Shown: positions 7,516 through 16,323 of the stretch, in pieces | Layout: every line of letters begins with the position of its first letter | Numbering within the stretch: the first letter of the stretch is position 1 | Virus record (IMG/VR): IMGVR_UViG_3300043414_000188 | Coordinates: 1 to 37,358 of that record | Length of the DNA: 37,358 bases | Direction: 5' to 3' (one strand) | From: a virus | Taxonomy: Duplodnaviria; Caudoviricetes | Made by a program: the position numbers and the translations under genes | Notes under the pieces: model-generated | What the model was told of the DNA's origin: nothing | The model's input: the letters and a program-made list of their open reading frames with translations, nothing else | Databases searched by the model: none

Positions 7516-9093
7516 ATGGCAACTAAGTATTGGGTTGGCGGGGATGGCAACTGGCGTAGCTTGACCAACTGGCGGACTACGTCTGGCGGTGCTGTTGTTA
7601 CAACTGCCCCGGGAGCTGCTGACGCTGCCGTGCTTGATGCAAACTCAAGTACAAACGTTGTCACTGTTGACAGCAACATTGACATTCAATCCATGAGTTG
7701 CACAGGATTTACGGGTACGCTTGCTTTTGGCGCAAACACAATCTCGTTGAATAGCACGGGCACGATCTTTACTGGTGCTACGACCATGACGGTCACTGGT
7801 ACGCCCCAGATTATTTGCACCAACTCAAGCGCAACAGCAAGAGTACTTAACCCCACCGCTGTTACAGAGGCTAACAGCATTTCGTTTAGGATTACTGCTG
7901 GCACTGGTACTTTGAGTCTTACCGCAGGCAGTTATCGTGACCTAGACTTTACTGACGGCACAAACCCAACGGGATATGGAGGAGCACTTTCGGGCACGGC
8001 AATTACAATTTACGGTAATTTGAAGGCTTCCACCTCTGGAATGACAACTTCTGGCGCTAACGTATTACTCTTTGCCGCCACCTCCGGCACAAAGACAATC
8101 AACACTGCTGGTGTTACCTTTGACCGAACATTCACCTTCAACGGTGTAGGCGGCACTTGGCAGCTTCAAGACGCATTGACTTCTGGCGCTACTCGTACAG
8201 CAACGCTGACCAACGGCACGTTAGATTTAAACGGCTACACGCTGACCACTGGATTGTTTAACTCAAATAACAGCAATACTCGCACTTTGGCTTTTGGTAC
8301 AGGCAAGATTGTCTTGACTTCTACAACAGGCAACGTGTTGTCAACGGCAACGGCTACAAACTTTACTTATACGGGCACGTCAAGAATTGAAGTTACTGCA
8401 AGCGGCGCGGGAAGATCAATTCTTTCCCCTTCTACAGGCGCAGTTGAATCAAATGCCATGAACATTTATGTGACCACTGGGTCGGATACTTTGACTATAG
8501 GCAGCGGGTCAAGATTTTTAAACTTTGACCTTACAGGCTTTACAGGCACATTAACCTATACCGCCACTGCTCGATATTTTGGTAATTTAATATTTTCAAG
8601 TGGGATGACGCTTGGAACAATTGGGGGTAGTTTTACTTTTGCAAAAACATCAGGCACACAAACAATTACCAGCGCGGGAAAAACAATTGACACTGGCGTA
8701 ACAATTGACGCTACCGGAGCAATAGTTCAATGCACGGATGCCCTAACGCTTGGCTCAACCCAAACACTGACGCTGACCAACGGCACACTGAAACTAGCCG
8801 ATGGAACCACAAACACTGTTGGCTCTTTTGTTACATCTGGCACAAACCAAAAGTATTTGCAAAGCTCAACCCCAGGCACGCAAGCGACTATCAGCGATGC
8901 CAGCGGGACAGACAGCGTTACTTATCTAACCATCCAAGACAGCAACGCTACTGGCGGGGCCGCGTGGGATGCCAATAATGCAACAAACGTGGACGCAGGC
9001 AATAATACTGGATGGTTTTTTGCACCCACACCAAGCGTAAGCAATGAAATTACAATGCGTTTGCGTTCATTTACTCAACCTCGGAGATTTTAA
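7516..9093 (+). CDS. Thr/Gly-rich beta-solenoid adhesin/fibre-like protein with an internal duplication
   Basis: Starts YWVGGDGNW, autotransporter-passenger-like composition, two related blocks of about 190 aa, NVDAGNNTGW cap. Confidence 0.7.
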   Translation: MATKYWVGGDGNWRSLTNWRTTSGGAVVTTAPGAADAAVLDANSSTNVVTVDSNIDIQSMSCTGFTGTLAFGANTISLNSTGTIFTGATTMTVTGTPQIICTNSSATARVLNPTAVTEANSISFRITAGTGTLSLTAGSYRDLDFTDGTNPTGYGGALSGTAITIYGNLKASTSGMTTSGANVLLFAATSGTKTINTAGVTFDRTFTFNGVGGTWQLQDALTSGATRTATLTNGTLDLNGYTLTTGLFNSNNSNTRTLAFGTGKIVLTSTTGNVLSTATATNFTYTGTSRIEVTASGAGRSILSPSTGAVESNAMNIYVTTGSDTLTIGSGSRFLNFDLTGFTGTLTYTATARYFGNLIFSSGMTLGTIGGSFTFAKTSGTQTITSAGKTIDTGVTIDATGAIVQCTDALTLGSTQTLTLTNGTLKLADGTTNTVGSFVTSGTNQKYLQSSTPGTQATISDASGTDSVTYLTIQDSNATGGAAWDANNATNVDAGNNTGWFFAPTPSVSNEITMRLRSFTQPRRF

Positions 9094-9095
9094 TT

Positions 9096-9401
9096 ATGTC
9101 CATGAATTTGAAAGCTGTCACAACCTGCATGGGTTACCAGCAGATCACCAGCCTGTCCAGCGCCACTAATTTAACAGTTCCACAAAGAACCCCTAACGGT
9201 CAAAATGGCAAACCCGTGTTTGCTTTGGTTGTTGCAGAAAGCCAAGCGGTTCGTTGGCGCGATGACAGAACTTCGCCAAGCGCATCAGTAGGAATGCCTT
9301 TGGCTGTTGGCATTCCTTTGCAGTATGATGGCGACTTAACCAACATTCAATTTATTGAACAAGTTGCTGGCGCTAAGTTGAACATCAGTTACTACATGTA
9401 A
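9096..9401 (+). CDS. Hypothetical virion-module protein, 101 aa
   Basis: Tightly packed ORF, beta-rich, with a VRWRDD...GMPL motif. Confidence 0.75.
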   Translation: MSMNLKAVTTCMGYQQITSLSSATNLTVPQRTPNGQNGKPVFALVVAESQAVRWRDDRTSPSASVGMPLAVGIPLQYDGDLTNIQFIEQVAGAKLNISYYM

Positions 9402-9409
9402 GGTTTACT

Positions 9410-9916
9410 ATGGCCGTATTTCTTTCCCCTGTGGGCGGCGCTGCGGCCCAATTCTTTACCAACAACGGCATAATTCTGTCCGGCGGCAAGCTGTACACCT
9501 ATGCGGCGGGGACTACAACGCCTGCAGTGACTTACACATCCTCTAGCGGCGCTACACCACACAGCAACCCCATCATTTTAAATTCGGCTGGCCGTGTGGC
9601 TACAGGTGAGATTTGGTTAGATAACACACAGTACAAGTTTTTGCTCAAAGATAGCAACGATGTTTTAATTGCAACATGGGACAACATTACAGGAATCAAT
9701 GATTTTAGTAGCTTAACTCCCATAATCTACAACGCCACAGGTAACGGAAGTAATGTTGCGTTTAACCTTGCAAGTGCGCCAACAAGTGAAAATACCACAC
9801 AGGTGTATGTCAACGGGGTGTACCAGCAAAAAAACACATATACGGTTAGCGGCGTAACGCTCACGTTTTCACAAGCACCACCTCTTACTTCACTCATTGA
9901 AGTGATGTTTAACTGA
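9410..9916 (+). CDS. Tailspike anchor/adaptor protein: head-binding-like N-domain plus a small beta domain, no enzymatic domain
   Basis: GGKLYTYAAGTTTP...NPIILNSAGR resembles podovirus tailspike N-termini. The C-terminus is GNGS...VYVNGVYQ...LTFSQAPP. Confidence 0.7.
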   Translation: MAVFLSPVGGAAAQFFTNNGIILSGGKLYTYAAGTTTPAVTYTSSSGATPHSNPIILNSAGRVATGEIWLDNTQYKFLLKDSNDVLIATWDNITGINDFSSLTPIIYNATGNGSNVAFNLASAPTSENTTQVYVNGVYQQKNTYTVSGVTLTFSQAPPLTSLIEVMFN

Positions 9917-9927
9917 TTAAATTAATC

Positions 9928-10500
9928 ATGGCAGACAGCAAAATCTCAGCACTTCCAGCTTCTACAACCCCGTTAGCGGGTACGGAAGTATTGCCCATCG
10001 TGCAAAGCAGCACGACCAGACAAGTATCCGTTGCTAACTTGACAGCAGGCCGTGCAATCAGCGCAACTCAACTTACTTTGACCACAGGTAATCTTATTGT
10101 CGCAAGCGGTCAAGGCATCGACTTTTCTGCCACATCAGGAGCAGGCACAAGCGAGTTGTTGGCTGACTATGAAGAAGGGACTTGGACACCTACAGGAAAC
10201 GGAATCACATTTTCCTCGGCTGCTGGTAAATATACAAAAATTGGAAATGTTGTAGTTGCAACCTTTTCGGTGACTTTTCCAACTACTGTTGACGCAAACA
10301 ATGCACAAATTGGCGGTCTTCCGTTTACTGTGGGCACTGCTTCTGCGGCAGCCATAAATGGTAATTTAACAATTACACAGCTTACGCCAAATGTTGGCGC
10401 AACTTCAATGTCATTTTTAACAACAAACAACGCAGCATATTCAACAAACGCAAATCTCAGCACACAGCCCTACACAGGTGCTGTTTCATACCGAGTTTAA
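9928..10500 (+). CDS. Short tail-fibre-like protein
   Basis: N-terminal MADSKISALP...LPIVQ domain and C-terminal GIDFS...DYEEGTWTP...YTKIG...GLPF fibre-tip domain. Confidence 0.75.
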   Translation: MADSKISALPASTTPLAGTEVLPIVQSSTTRQVSVANLTAGRAISATQLTLTTGNLIVASGQGIDFSATSGAGTSELLADYEEGTWTPTGNGITFSSAAGKYTKIGNVVVATFSVTFPTTVDANNAQIGGLPFTVGTASAAAINGNLTITQLTPNVGATSMSFLTTNNAAYSTNANLSTQPYTGAVSYRV

Positions 10501-10506
10501 GGATTA

Positions 10507-12099
10507 ATGATGGCACTTACTAAAGTATCGCAATCACTGATTCAAGGGCGTACTATTAGCGTCCTTGATTACGGCGCTGACCCAACTGGTGTAAATGACA
10601 GCACAGCGGCTTTTAATGCTGCTATTGTGGCGGCTTCGCAAACGTTGCCAAGTACCATTGACGCTGGCGTTACGCTTATTTGCAATGGTGGTGTTTTTGT
10701 TATTGGTGCGTTAAACACAATCACCGTGCCAATCATTATTGATTTCCAAAATGGATACGTCATTCCCAATACAACGGGCGTGATGTTCACAATTGGTTAT
10801 TCAAACGCAACTTACAACGCTGAAAAGTTTGTAATGCGCGATGTTACTTTTATTGCCAGCGCTGCATTTCCGCTACAGCCTAGCACTTTAATTAAAATTG
10901 GAACTACAGAGCAATCTAATCAAGTTGTTCTTCAAAACGTCAACGCTTGGGCAGTCACCGCAACGCATAGCCTTATTTGGAACTTACGTTCATTTGGTTT
11001 AACAATGCGCGATTGCATTCTTCGCGGTTGCGCTTCGCCCAGAGCAATTTATTTAAGTAAGAGCCTTGTTGATGACAGCACTTTTTCTAACGCCATAAAT
11101 CTTGACCACGTTGAAATTTCTGCTCACACTGGGCTAGGCATTTACAGCCAAGGTGCTGATATGTCTATCAGCAACAAATCTATTATTGAGGCTTGTACGC
11201 TTGGTGGTATCAAAACAATTAATAACACAAACAAATTTATCGTTACAGATTGTTACTTTGAAGCTAACTACCAGTTCGATATTTCCATTGCTGAACAGCT
11301 TTATGGCGGCAACTACACCGTTAGAGGCTGTTTCTTTGGTGGATCTCCAAACGTAACAACAAGCAACCGTGTCTATATTGACAACAGTGCTTTGTTAAGT
11401 GGCAGCGTGGATGTTACTGTTCAAGACAACTTTTTCTACTTTGGTGGTGTAATTGGCCCAGTAGGTTCAAGTCCGAATTACATTGGTATCAACAATCAAA
11501 CAGGCGTATTTTTAGATTCGTGGATTGGTGAGGATCGCTTTAACTATGAGTTATCTAATCTCATCACACCTACTTTTAACGCAAACATCATTAACAGCTA
11601 TGGTGTCAACGGTACAAGTCCAAAACTAACGTACACAACTGTTTACAGCGACACCGTATGGACAGGGGCCACAGGTTCAACCCCGCCAACAAATTGGTCA
11701 ATTATTAATGGTGGAACATTTACGATTGTTAACGCTGGCACTGCCCCTTACGATGTTGCGTTACAAATTGCTCATAATGGTGCGGTCAATAATCCTGCCA
11801 TTTACCGCCAATACACAACAGTTGCTGGTAAAAAATACAGATTTAATTTTGCAATTAAATCTGCCACTGCAACACCGTTTGTGTTTCTTGGTCAATCTAT
11901 TGGTGCCAATCAATACACAAGTCAAAGTTCAACAACTGGCGCTATAGTTTCTTTTGCAAATGAATTTATTGCAGCAACAGTTACAACTTTTGTAACGTTG
12001 CAAGCGGGAACAATTGTGTCTGGGCAATCTTGTATTTTTGACCAAGTTATTTTAGAAGAACTTGGCGCAACGATAACAGTGACTGGCGCAACAGCTTAA
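10507..12099 (+). CDS. Tailspike/depolymerase (pectate-lyase-like beta-helix) with a C-terminal carbohydrate-binding-like domain
   Basis: SVLDYGADPTGVNDSTAAFNAAI motif, beta-helix repeats, C-terminal TVAGKKYRFNF...FDQV jelly-roll pattern. Visibly AT-richer than its neighbours. Confidence 0.85.
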   Translation: MMALTKVSQSLIQGRTISVLDYGADPTGVNDSTAAFNAAIVAASQTLPSTIDAGVTLICNGGVFVIGALNTITVPIIIDFQNGYVIPNTTGVMFTIGYSNATYNAEKFVMRDVTFIASAAFPLQPSTLIKIGTTEQSNQVVLQNVNAWAVTATHSLIWNLRSFGLTMRDCILRGCASPRAIYLSKSLVDDSTFSNAINLDHVEISAHTGLGIYSQGADMSISNKSIIEACTLGGIKTINNTNKFIVTDCYFEANYQFDISIAEQLYGGNYTVRGCFFGGSPNVTTSNRVYIDNSALLSGSVDVTVQDNFFYFGGVIGPVGSSPNYIGINNQTGVFLDSWIGEDRFNYELSNLITPTFNANIINSYGVNGTSPKLTYTTVYSDTVWTGATGSTPPTNWSIINGGTFTIVNAGTAPYDVALQIAHNGAVNNPAIYRQYTTVAGKKYRFNFAIKSATATPFVFLGQSIGANQYTSQSSTTGAIVSFANEFIAATVTTFVTLQAGTIVSGQSCIFDQVILEELGATITVTGATA

Positions 12100-12127
12100 C
12101 CGTACCAGTTCGGACAACTGGATTCTT
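12098..12127 (+). other. AACCGTA-hairpin leader element, copy 1
   Basis: AACCGTA CCAGTT-CGGAC-AACTGG ATTCTT, upstream of the RBS of the 80-aa gene. Confidence 0.5.
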
Positions 12128-12148
12128 GATTTTGATTGGAGTATCAAA

Positions 12149-12391
12149 ATGGCTTTAGAACAACAAATCATTGTTGACCGCATTGAAGTTATTGAAAACG
12201 GCTCAGTGCAAGTTCGCACTAAGACTGCCATCATGGAGGATGGCAAACAGATCAGCGGCACGTTCCACCGTCACGTTGTTGCCCCCGGCGATGACTACAG
12301 CGCAGAGGATGCTCGCGTAAAGGCTATTTGTGCTGCTATGCACACTGCTAAAGTGATTGCGGCTTACAAAGCTGCACAAATTCCAGCATAA
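12149..12391 (+). CDS. 80-aa tail-fibre-associated protein (possible chaperone)
   Basis: VDRIEV...VQVR...FHRHVVAPG motif, GGAG RBS, follows the fibre/spike genes. Confidence 0.75.
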   Translation: MALEQQIIVDRIEVIENGSVQVRTKTAIMEDGKQISGTFHRHVVAPGDDYSAEDARVKAICAAMHTAKVIAAYKAAQIPA

Positions 12392-12401
12392 TAGCGGCAC
12401 A

Positions 12402-12440
12402 AACCGTATCGGCCCGTTTGACCGAGGAATCTTAGGATTC
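12402..12440 (+). other. AACCGTA-hairpin leader element, copy 2, plus GAATC-TTAG-GATTC hairpin over the scaffold RBS
   Basis: AACCGTA TCGG-(9 nt)-CCGA G GAATCTTAGGATTC, ending 6 nt before the scaffold ATG. Confidence 0.5.
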
Positions 12441-12446
12441 ATTTAA

Positions 12447-13235
12447 ATGACTGAAGAAGTCCAAGCCCTAGCGGAAGTAGACTCCGCGCCAACCACGGAT
12501 GTGACGGCCACACCTGAAGTTGTTGAAAGTACGCCGGAGGTTGCAGAACCTAAAACGTATACGCAAGAAGAATTTGACGCTTTAGGCGCAAAACAACGAG
12601 CGTTATACGAAAGGAATCTGGCAAGAGAGCAACGTAAGTGGGAAAGAGATCAAGCACAGCGTCAGTCTGAACAACAGACGTTGAGGGCCGCGCCAGCCGC
12701 CACCGCTGATCAGTTTGAGTCAACTGAAGCCTATGCAGACGCATTGGCCTACCAGAAGGCAGAAGAACTGATCGCCAAGCGTGAAGCAGCAAAGCAGCAG
12801 TCGCAAGTTCTTGAGAGCTATCACGATTTGGAAGAAGAAGCTAGGACTAAGTATGACGACTTTGAACAAGTCGCTTACAACCCCAAGCTACCAATCACAA
12901 ACGTGATGGCAGAAACGATACAGTCTTCGGACATTGGGCCTGAGTTAGCGTACTACCTTGGCTCAAATCCAAAAGAAGCGGATCGCATCTCACGCATGAC
13001 GCCCTTGAGTCAGGCAAAGGAAATTGGGAAAATTGAGGCCAAATTGGTTTCTTCGCCCCCAGTTAGGAAAACTACATCTGCGCCATCACCGATTTCGCCA
13101 GTAACTGCCCGATCCATTGGATCACCGTCACATGACACTACGGACCCACGGTCTATCAAGACCATGACAACCTCGCAGTGGATTGATGCCGAACGCAAAC
13201 GACAGGTAAAGAAGTGGGAAGCGCAAAACCGCTAA
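12447..13235 (+). CDS. Capsid scaffolding protein
   Basis: Acidic N-terminus, coiled coil, GPELAYYLG motif and basic C-terminal helix. Lies directly upstream of the coat gene. Confidence 0.85.
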   Translation: MTEEVQALAEVDSAPTTDVTATPEVVESTPEVAEPKTYTQEEFDALGAKQRALYERNLAREQRKWERDQAQRQSEQQTLRAAPAATADQFESTEAYADALAYQKAEELIAKREAAKQQSQVLESYHDLEEEARTKYDDFEQVAYNPKLPITNVMAETIQSSDIGPELAYYLGSNPKEADRISRMTPLSQAKEIGKIEAKLVSSPPVRKTTSAPSPISPVTARSIGSPSHDTTDPRSIKTMTTSQWIDAERKRQVKKWEAQNR

Positions 13236-13259
13236 CTTTGACTTTATAAGGAAATTAAG

Positions 13260-14471
13260 ATGTCTAATTCGATTCTTACGATCGACATGATCACCCGCAA
13301 GGCTTTGGAAATACTGGAAAACAACCTTGTGATCACCCGTAACGTGAACCGCCAGTATGACGATTCTTTCGCTGTTGAAGGCGCAAAGATCGGCTCTACA
13401 CTGCGTATCCGTTTGCCCGACCGCGCTTTGGTAACTGACGGTGCCGCCCTGCAAGTTCAGGACGACAACGAACAGTTCACCACTTTGACCGTTGCCAGCC
13501 AAAAGCACATCGGTGTCAACTTCACATCTGCTGAATTGACCATGCAATTGGATGACTTCGCTGAACGTGTGTTAAAGCCTCGTATCAGCCAGTTGGCGTC
13601 CAGCATTGATGCTGATGTTGCTAACTGCTTTAAAACCATCGGCAACTCGGTTGGCACCCCTGGCACCACTCCTTCTACTTCTTTGGTCTTGCTTCAAGCC
13701 CAACAGAAACTGAATGAGAACGCTGCTGTGATGTCTCCACGTTACGCTACTGTGAACCCTGCTGCTAACGCTGGTTTAGTTGAAGGTATGAAAGGTCTGT
13801 TTAATCCGACCGACACTATCTCTAAGCAATTTCGCAACGGCATGATGGGTACTGGCGTGTTGGGTTTTGATGAGATTAACATGTCTCAGTCAATCAAACA
13901 GTTCACTACTGGTTCGCGTGATGCGGCTGCGTCTACCACTGTTAAGACCCCTGGCGTTACTGCCGAAGGTGCGTCTAGCATTGTGTTGACTCAAGCATCT
14001 GTAACCACAACCATTAAAGCTGGCGATGTGTTTACTATTGCAGCTTGCTTTGCCGTGAACCCACAAACCCGTGAAACTACTGGTTCGTTGTTCCAGTTTG
14101 TGGCTTTGGCTGACGCTACCGCTGTAGCCGGTGATTGGACTGTAACTGTGGCTCCTATGTACTCCGCTACTAACGCGCTGGCTACTATGACCGCTTTGCC
14201 TGCTACCAGCGCCGTTGTGACCTTCTTGGGTACTGCGTCTACTGCGTATGCACAGAACTTGGTCTACCACAAGGACGCCATTTCGTTTGCTACCGCTGAT
14301 CTTTTGCTGCCGTCCGGGGTCGATATGGCTGCTCGCGCAGTTCACAACGGTATTAGCTTGCGTGTAATTCGCCAGTACGATATCAACAACGACCGTATGC
14401 CTTGCCGTATTGATGTTTTGTACGGTTTCAGCACCATTCGTCCACAGATGGCTTGCCGTCTTTGGGGTTAA
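13260..14471 (+). CDS. Major capsid protein, P22 gp5-like
   Basis: MSNSILTIDMIT..., KIGSTLRIRLP, AGDVFTIA insertion domain, CRIDVLYG C-terminus and a TAAGGA RBS. Confidence 0.95.
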   Translation: MSNSILTIDMITRKALEILENNLVITRNVNRQYDDSFAVEGAKIGSTLRIRLPDRALVTDGAALQVQDDNEQFTTLTVASQKHIGVNFTSAELTMQLDDFAERVLKPRISQLASSIDADVANCFKTIGNSVGTPGTTPSTSLVLLQAQQKLNENAAVMSPRYATVNPAANAGLVEGMKGLFNPTDTISKQFRNGMMGTGVLGFDEINMSQSIKQFTTGSRDAAASTTVKTPGVTAEGASSIVLTQASVTTTIKAGDVFTIAACFAVNPQTRETTGSLFQFVALADATAVAGDWTVTVAPMYSATNALATMTALPATSAVVTFLGTASTAYAQNLVYHKDAISFATADLLLPSGVDMAARAVHNGISLRVIRQYDINNDRMPCRIDVLYGFSTIRPQMACRLWG

Positions 14472-14498
14472 TTAATTCTTTTGTAAAGGAAAAATATC

Positions 14499-14921
14499 AT
14501 GGCTTTACCTAATGGCGCAGGCGGTTACCAAATCGGTGACGGAAATCTGACAGAAGTTCAACTCAACACCCAAGCCACTCCAGCAACAGCAACTGTTACG
14601 GCAACGTTGACAACTGCCCAATTGCTGAACGGTATTATTTTGGGCACTCCCACTACAACCGCAGCGGCTTACACACTGCCTTTGGCTACTGATTTGGACG
14701 CAGTTGTGTCCAGCGCAAAAGTCAATAGCAGCTTTGACTTTGTGGTGGTCAACACCAATGGTTCTGGTGCCGGCGTGATTACGATCACGACCAACACCGG
14801 CTGGACGATTGGTTCGTCAGGCTCACAAGGCTTGATGACCGTCACCACCGCTGGCACTGCCCAAACGTACCGCGCAGTAAAATCTGGCGATGGCGCTTGG
14901 GCTTTGTACCGCGTAGCCTAA
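14499..14921 (+). CDS. Putative capsid decoration/minor structural protein
   Basis: Thr/Ala-rich 140 aa right after the coat gene, with a strong AAAGGA RBS. Confidence 0.65.
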   Translation: MALPNGAGGYQIGDGNLTEVQLNTQATPATATVTATLTTAQLLNGIILGTPTTTAAAYTLPLATDLDAVVSSAKVNSSFDFVVVNTNGSGAGVITITTNTGWTIGSSGSQGLMTVTTAGTAQTYRAVKSGDGAWALYRVA

Positions 14922-14925
14922 ACCT

Positions 14926-14951
14926 AACGGGGGCTTTGGCCCCTGTTTTTT
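14926..14951 (+). terminator. Intrinsic terminator
   Basis: AACGGGGGC-TTTG-GCCCCTGTT followed by a T-run. Confidence 0.75.
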
Positions 14952-14963
14952 AAAGAAACAATC

Positions 14964-15380
14964 ATGGCAAATTCACAAGCTGTCGGTGTTGCGTATAGCG
15001 ATCCCGAATTTACTACCTGTTACGCCAGCCAAGAAATTGGCTACAGCGCAGCAGCTCAAGGCGCGGTAACGCAGTTAACCAGCAAATCCACAAGTGTGAC
15101 GCTGAATAACAGTGCTGGCCGCATCACAATGAACAACGCAGCGTTGGCTGGCGCGACTGCTGTGTCGTTTATCCTGACCAACAGCACGATTTCAATCAAT
15201 GACACAATTATTGTCTGTGTGTCCAGCAATACTACTGGTAGTGCTGCGGGGGCTTACACCACATACGTTTCGTATTTGGCTGCTGGTTCTGCTTTGATTA
15301 CGTTGCGAAACTTGACTGCGGCAACTTCTTACTCAGAAGCTGTCATTATCAATTTTGCAATCATCCACGGCGCAAGCTAA
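14964..15380 (+). CDS. Minor structural protein, paralogous to the C-terminal domain of 16324-16992
   Basis: GAVTQLTSKSTSVTLNNSAGRITM...INFAII matches GAVTQLTSRTTGVTLNKTAGAITM...FNFAVI. Confidence 0.75.
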   Translation: MANSQAVGVAYSDPEFTTCYASQEIGYSAAAQGAVTQLTSKSTSVTLNNSAGRITMNNAALAGATAVSFILTNSTISINDTIIVCVSSNTTGSAAGAYTTYVSYLAAGSALITLRNLTAATSYSEAVIINFAIIHGAS

Positions 15381-15383
15381 TTA

Positions 15384-15409
15384 AACGGGGGCTAATCACC
15401 CCCATTTTT
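15384..15409 (+). terminator. Weak intrinsic terminator
   Basis: GGGGG-CTAATCA-CCCCC followed by ATTTTT. Confidence 0.6.
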
Positions 15410-15414
15410 AAATC

Positions 15415-15606
15415 ATGGCAGTTATTTACCTTTCTCATCCTGTGCACGGACGCAAAGTGGCAACAATGGACCTTGAGGCTGAAGCGGATGAAAAAAATGG
15501 CTGGACTCGTTATAATCCAAACACGCCTTCAGACTGTGAAGATGCGGCCAACTCGTTAGTTGTAAAGCGCAAATACACCCGTAAGGTGGAAACTGAAGGA
15601 GTCTAA
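15415..15606 (+). CDS. 63-aa hypothetical protein (IYLSHPVHGRKVA...EKNGW)
   Basis: Clean ORF between coat-associated genes and the adaptor, the usual slot of the small post-coat gene in P22-like phages. Confidence 0.75.
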   Translation: MAVIYLSHPVHGRKVATMDLEAEADEKNGWTRYNPNTPSDCEDAANSLVVKRKYTRKVETEGV

Positions 15607-15608
15607 GC

Positions 15609-16322
15609 ATGGCTACGTACACCGCTGGAGATCAAATAAATCGGGCGCTTCGGCTTCTCGGCGTTCTTGCTGAAGGCGAAACAACTTCTGCGGCTACGTC
15701 CCAAGACGCTTTGATGGCGTTAAATCAAATGATTGATAGTTGGAACACAGAGCGTCTGTCTGTGTTTTCTACGCAAGATCAAATGTTCACATGGCCTGCC
15801 AGCATTCTTAGCCGCACTCTTGGCCCTACTGGTAACTTTGTAGGCAATCGACCTATCTTGCTTGACGATGCCACTTACTTTAAAGCGCCCAACGGGGTGT
15901 CATATGGCATCAAGTTTATCAATCAACAGCAGTACAACGGTATTGCTGTTAAAAATGTAACGTCTACATACCCGCAGGTCATGTTTATTAACATGACGTT
16001 TCCCGATATTGAGATGTACGTTTATCCTCGCCCAACGCAGGACTTGGAATGGCACTTTATTTCGGTTGAAGAACTAAACAACCCTGCAACTTTGGCAACG
16101 GTGTTGTACTACCCACCAGGTTATCTCCGTGCGTTCACGTATAACTTGGCTATGGAGTTTGCTCCTGAGTTTGGCGTAGAGCCTTCACCACAGGTGCAGC
16201 GCATTGCTATGACCAGCAAGCGCAACTTGAAGCGCATTAACAACCCAGATGATGTGATGGCACTGCCATACGCATTGGTGGCTAACCGTCAACGATTCAA
16301 CATTTACGCAGGAAACTACTAA
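15609..16322 (+). CDS. Head-to-tail adaptor (P22 gp4-like)
   Basis: TAGDQINRALRLLGV...ALMALNQMIDSW N-terminus and AFTYNLAMEFAPEFG C-terminus, plus synteny. Confidence 0.8.
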   Translation: MATYTAGDQINRALRLLGVLAEGETTSAATSQDALMALNQMIDSWNTERLSVFSTQDQMFTWPASILSRTLGPTGNFVGNRPILLDDATYFKAPNGVSYGIKFINQQQYNGIAVKNVTSTYPQVMFINMTFPDIEMYVYPRPTQDLEWHFISVEELNNPATLATVLYYPPGYLRAFTYNLAMEFAPEFGVEPSPQVQRIAMTSKRNLKRINNPDDVMALPYALVANRQRFNIYAGNY

Positions 16323-16323
16323 C

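Noticed and set aside
7516-12099. Diversity-generating retroelement or invertase-driven fibre switching
   Set aside because: No reverse transcriptase or recombinase, and no near-identical template/variable repeat pair seen. The internal duplication is highly diverged.
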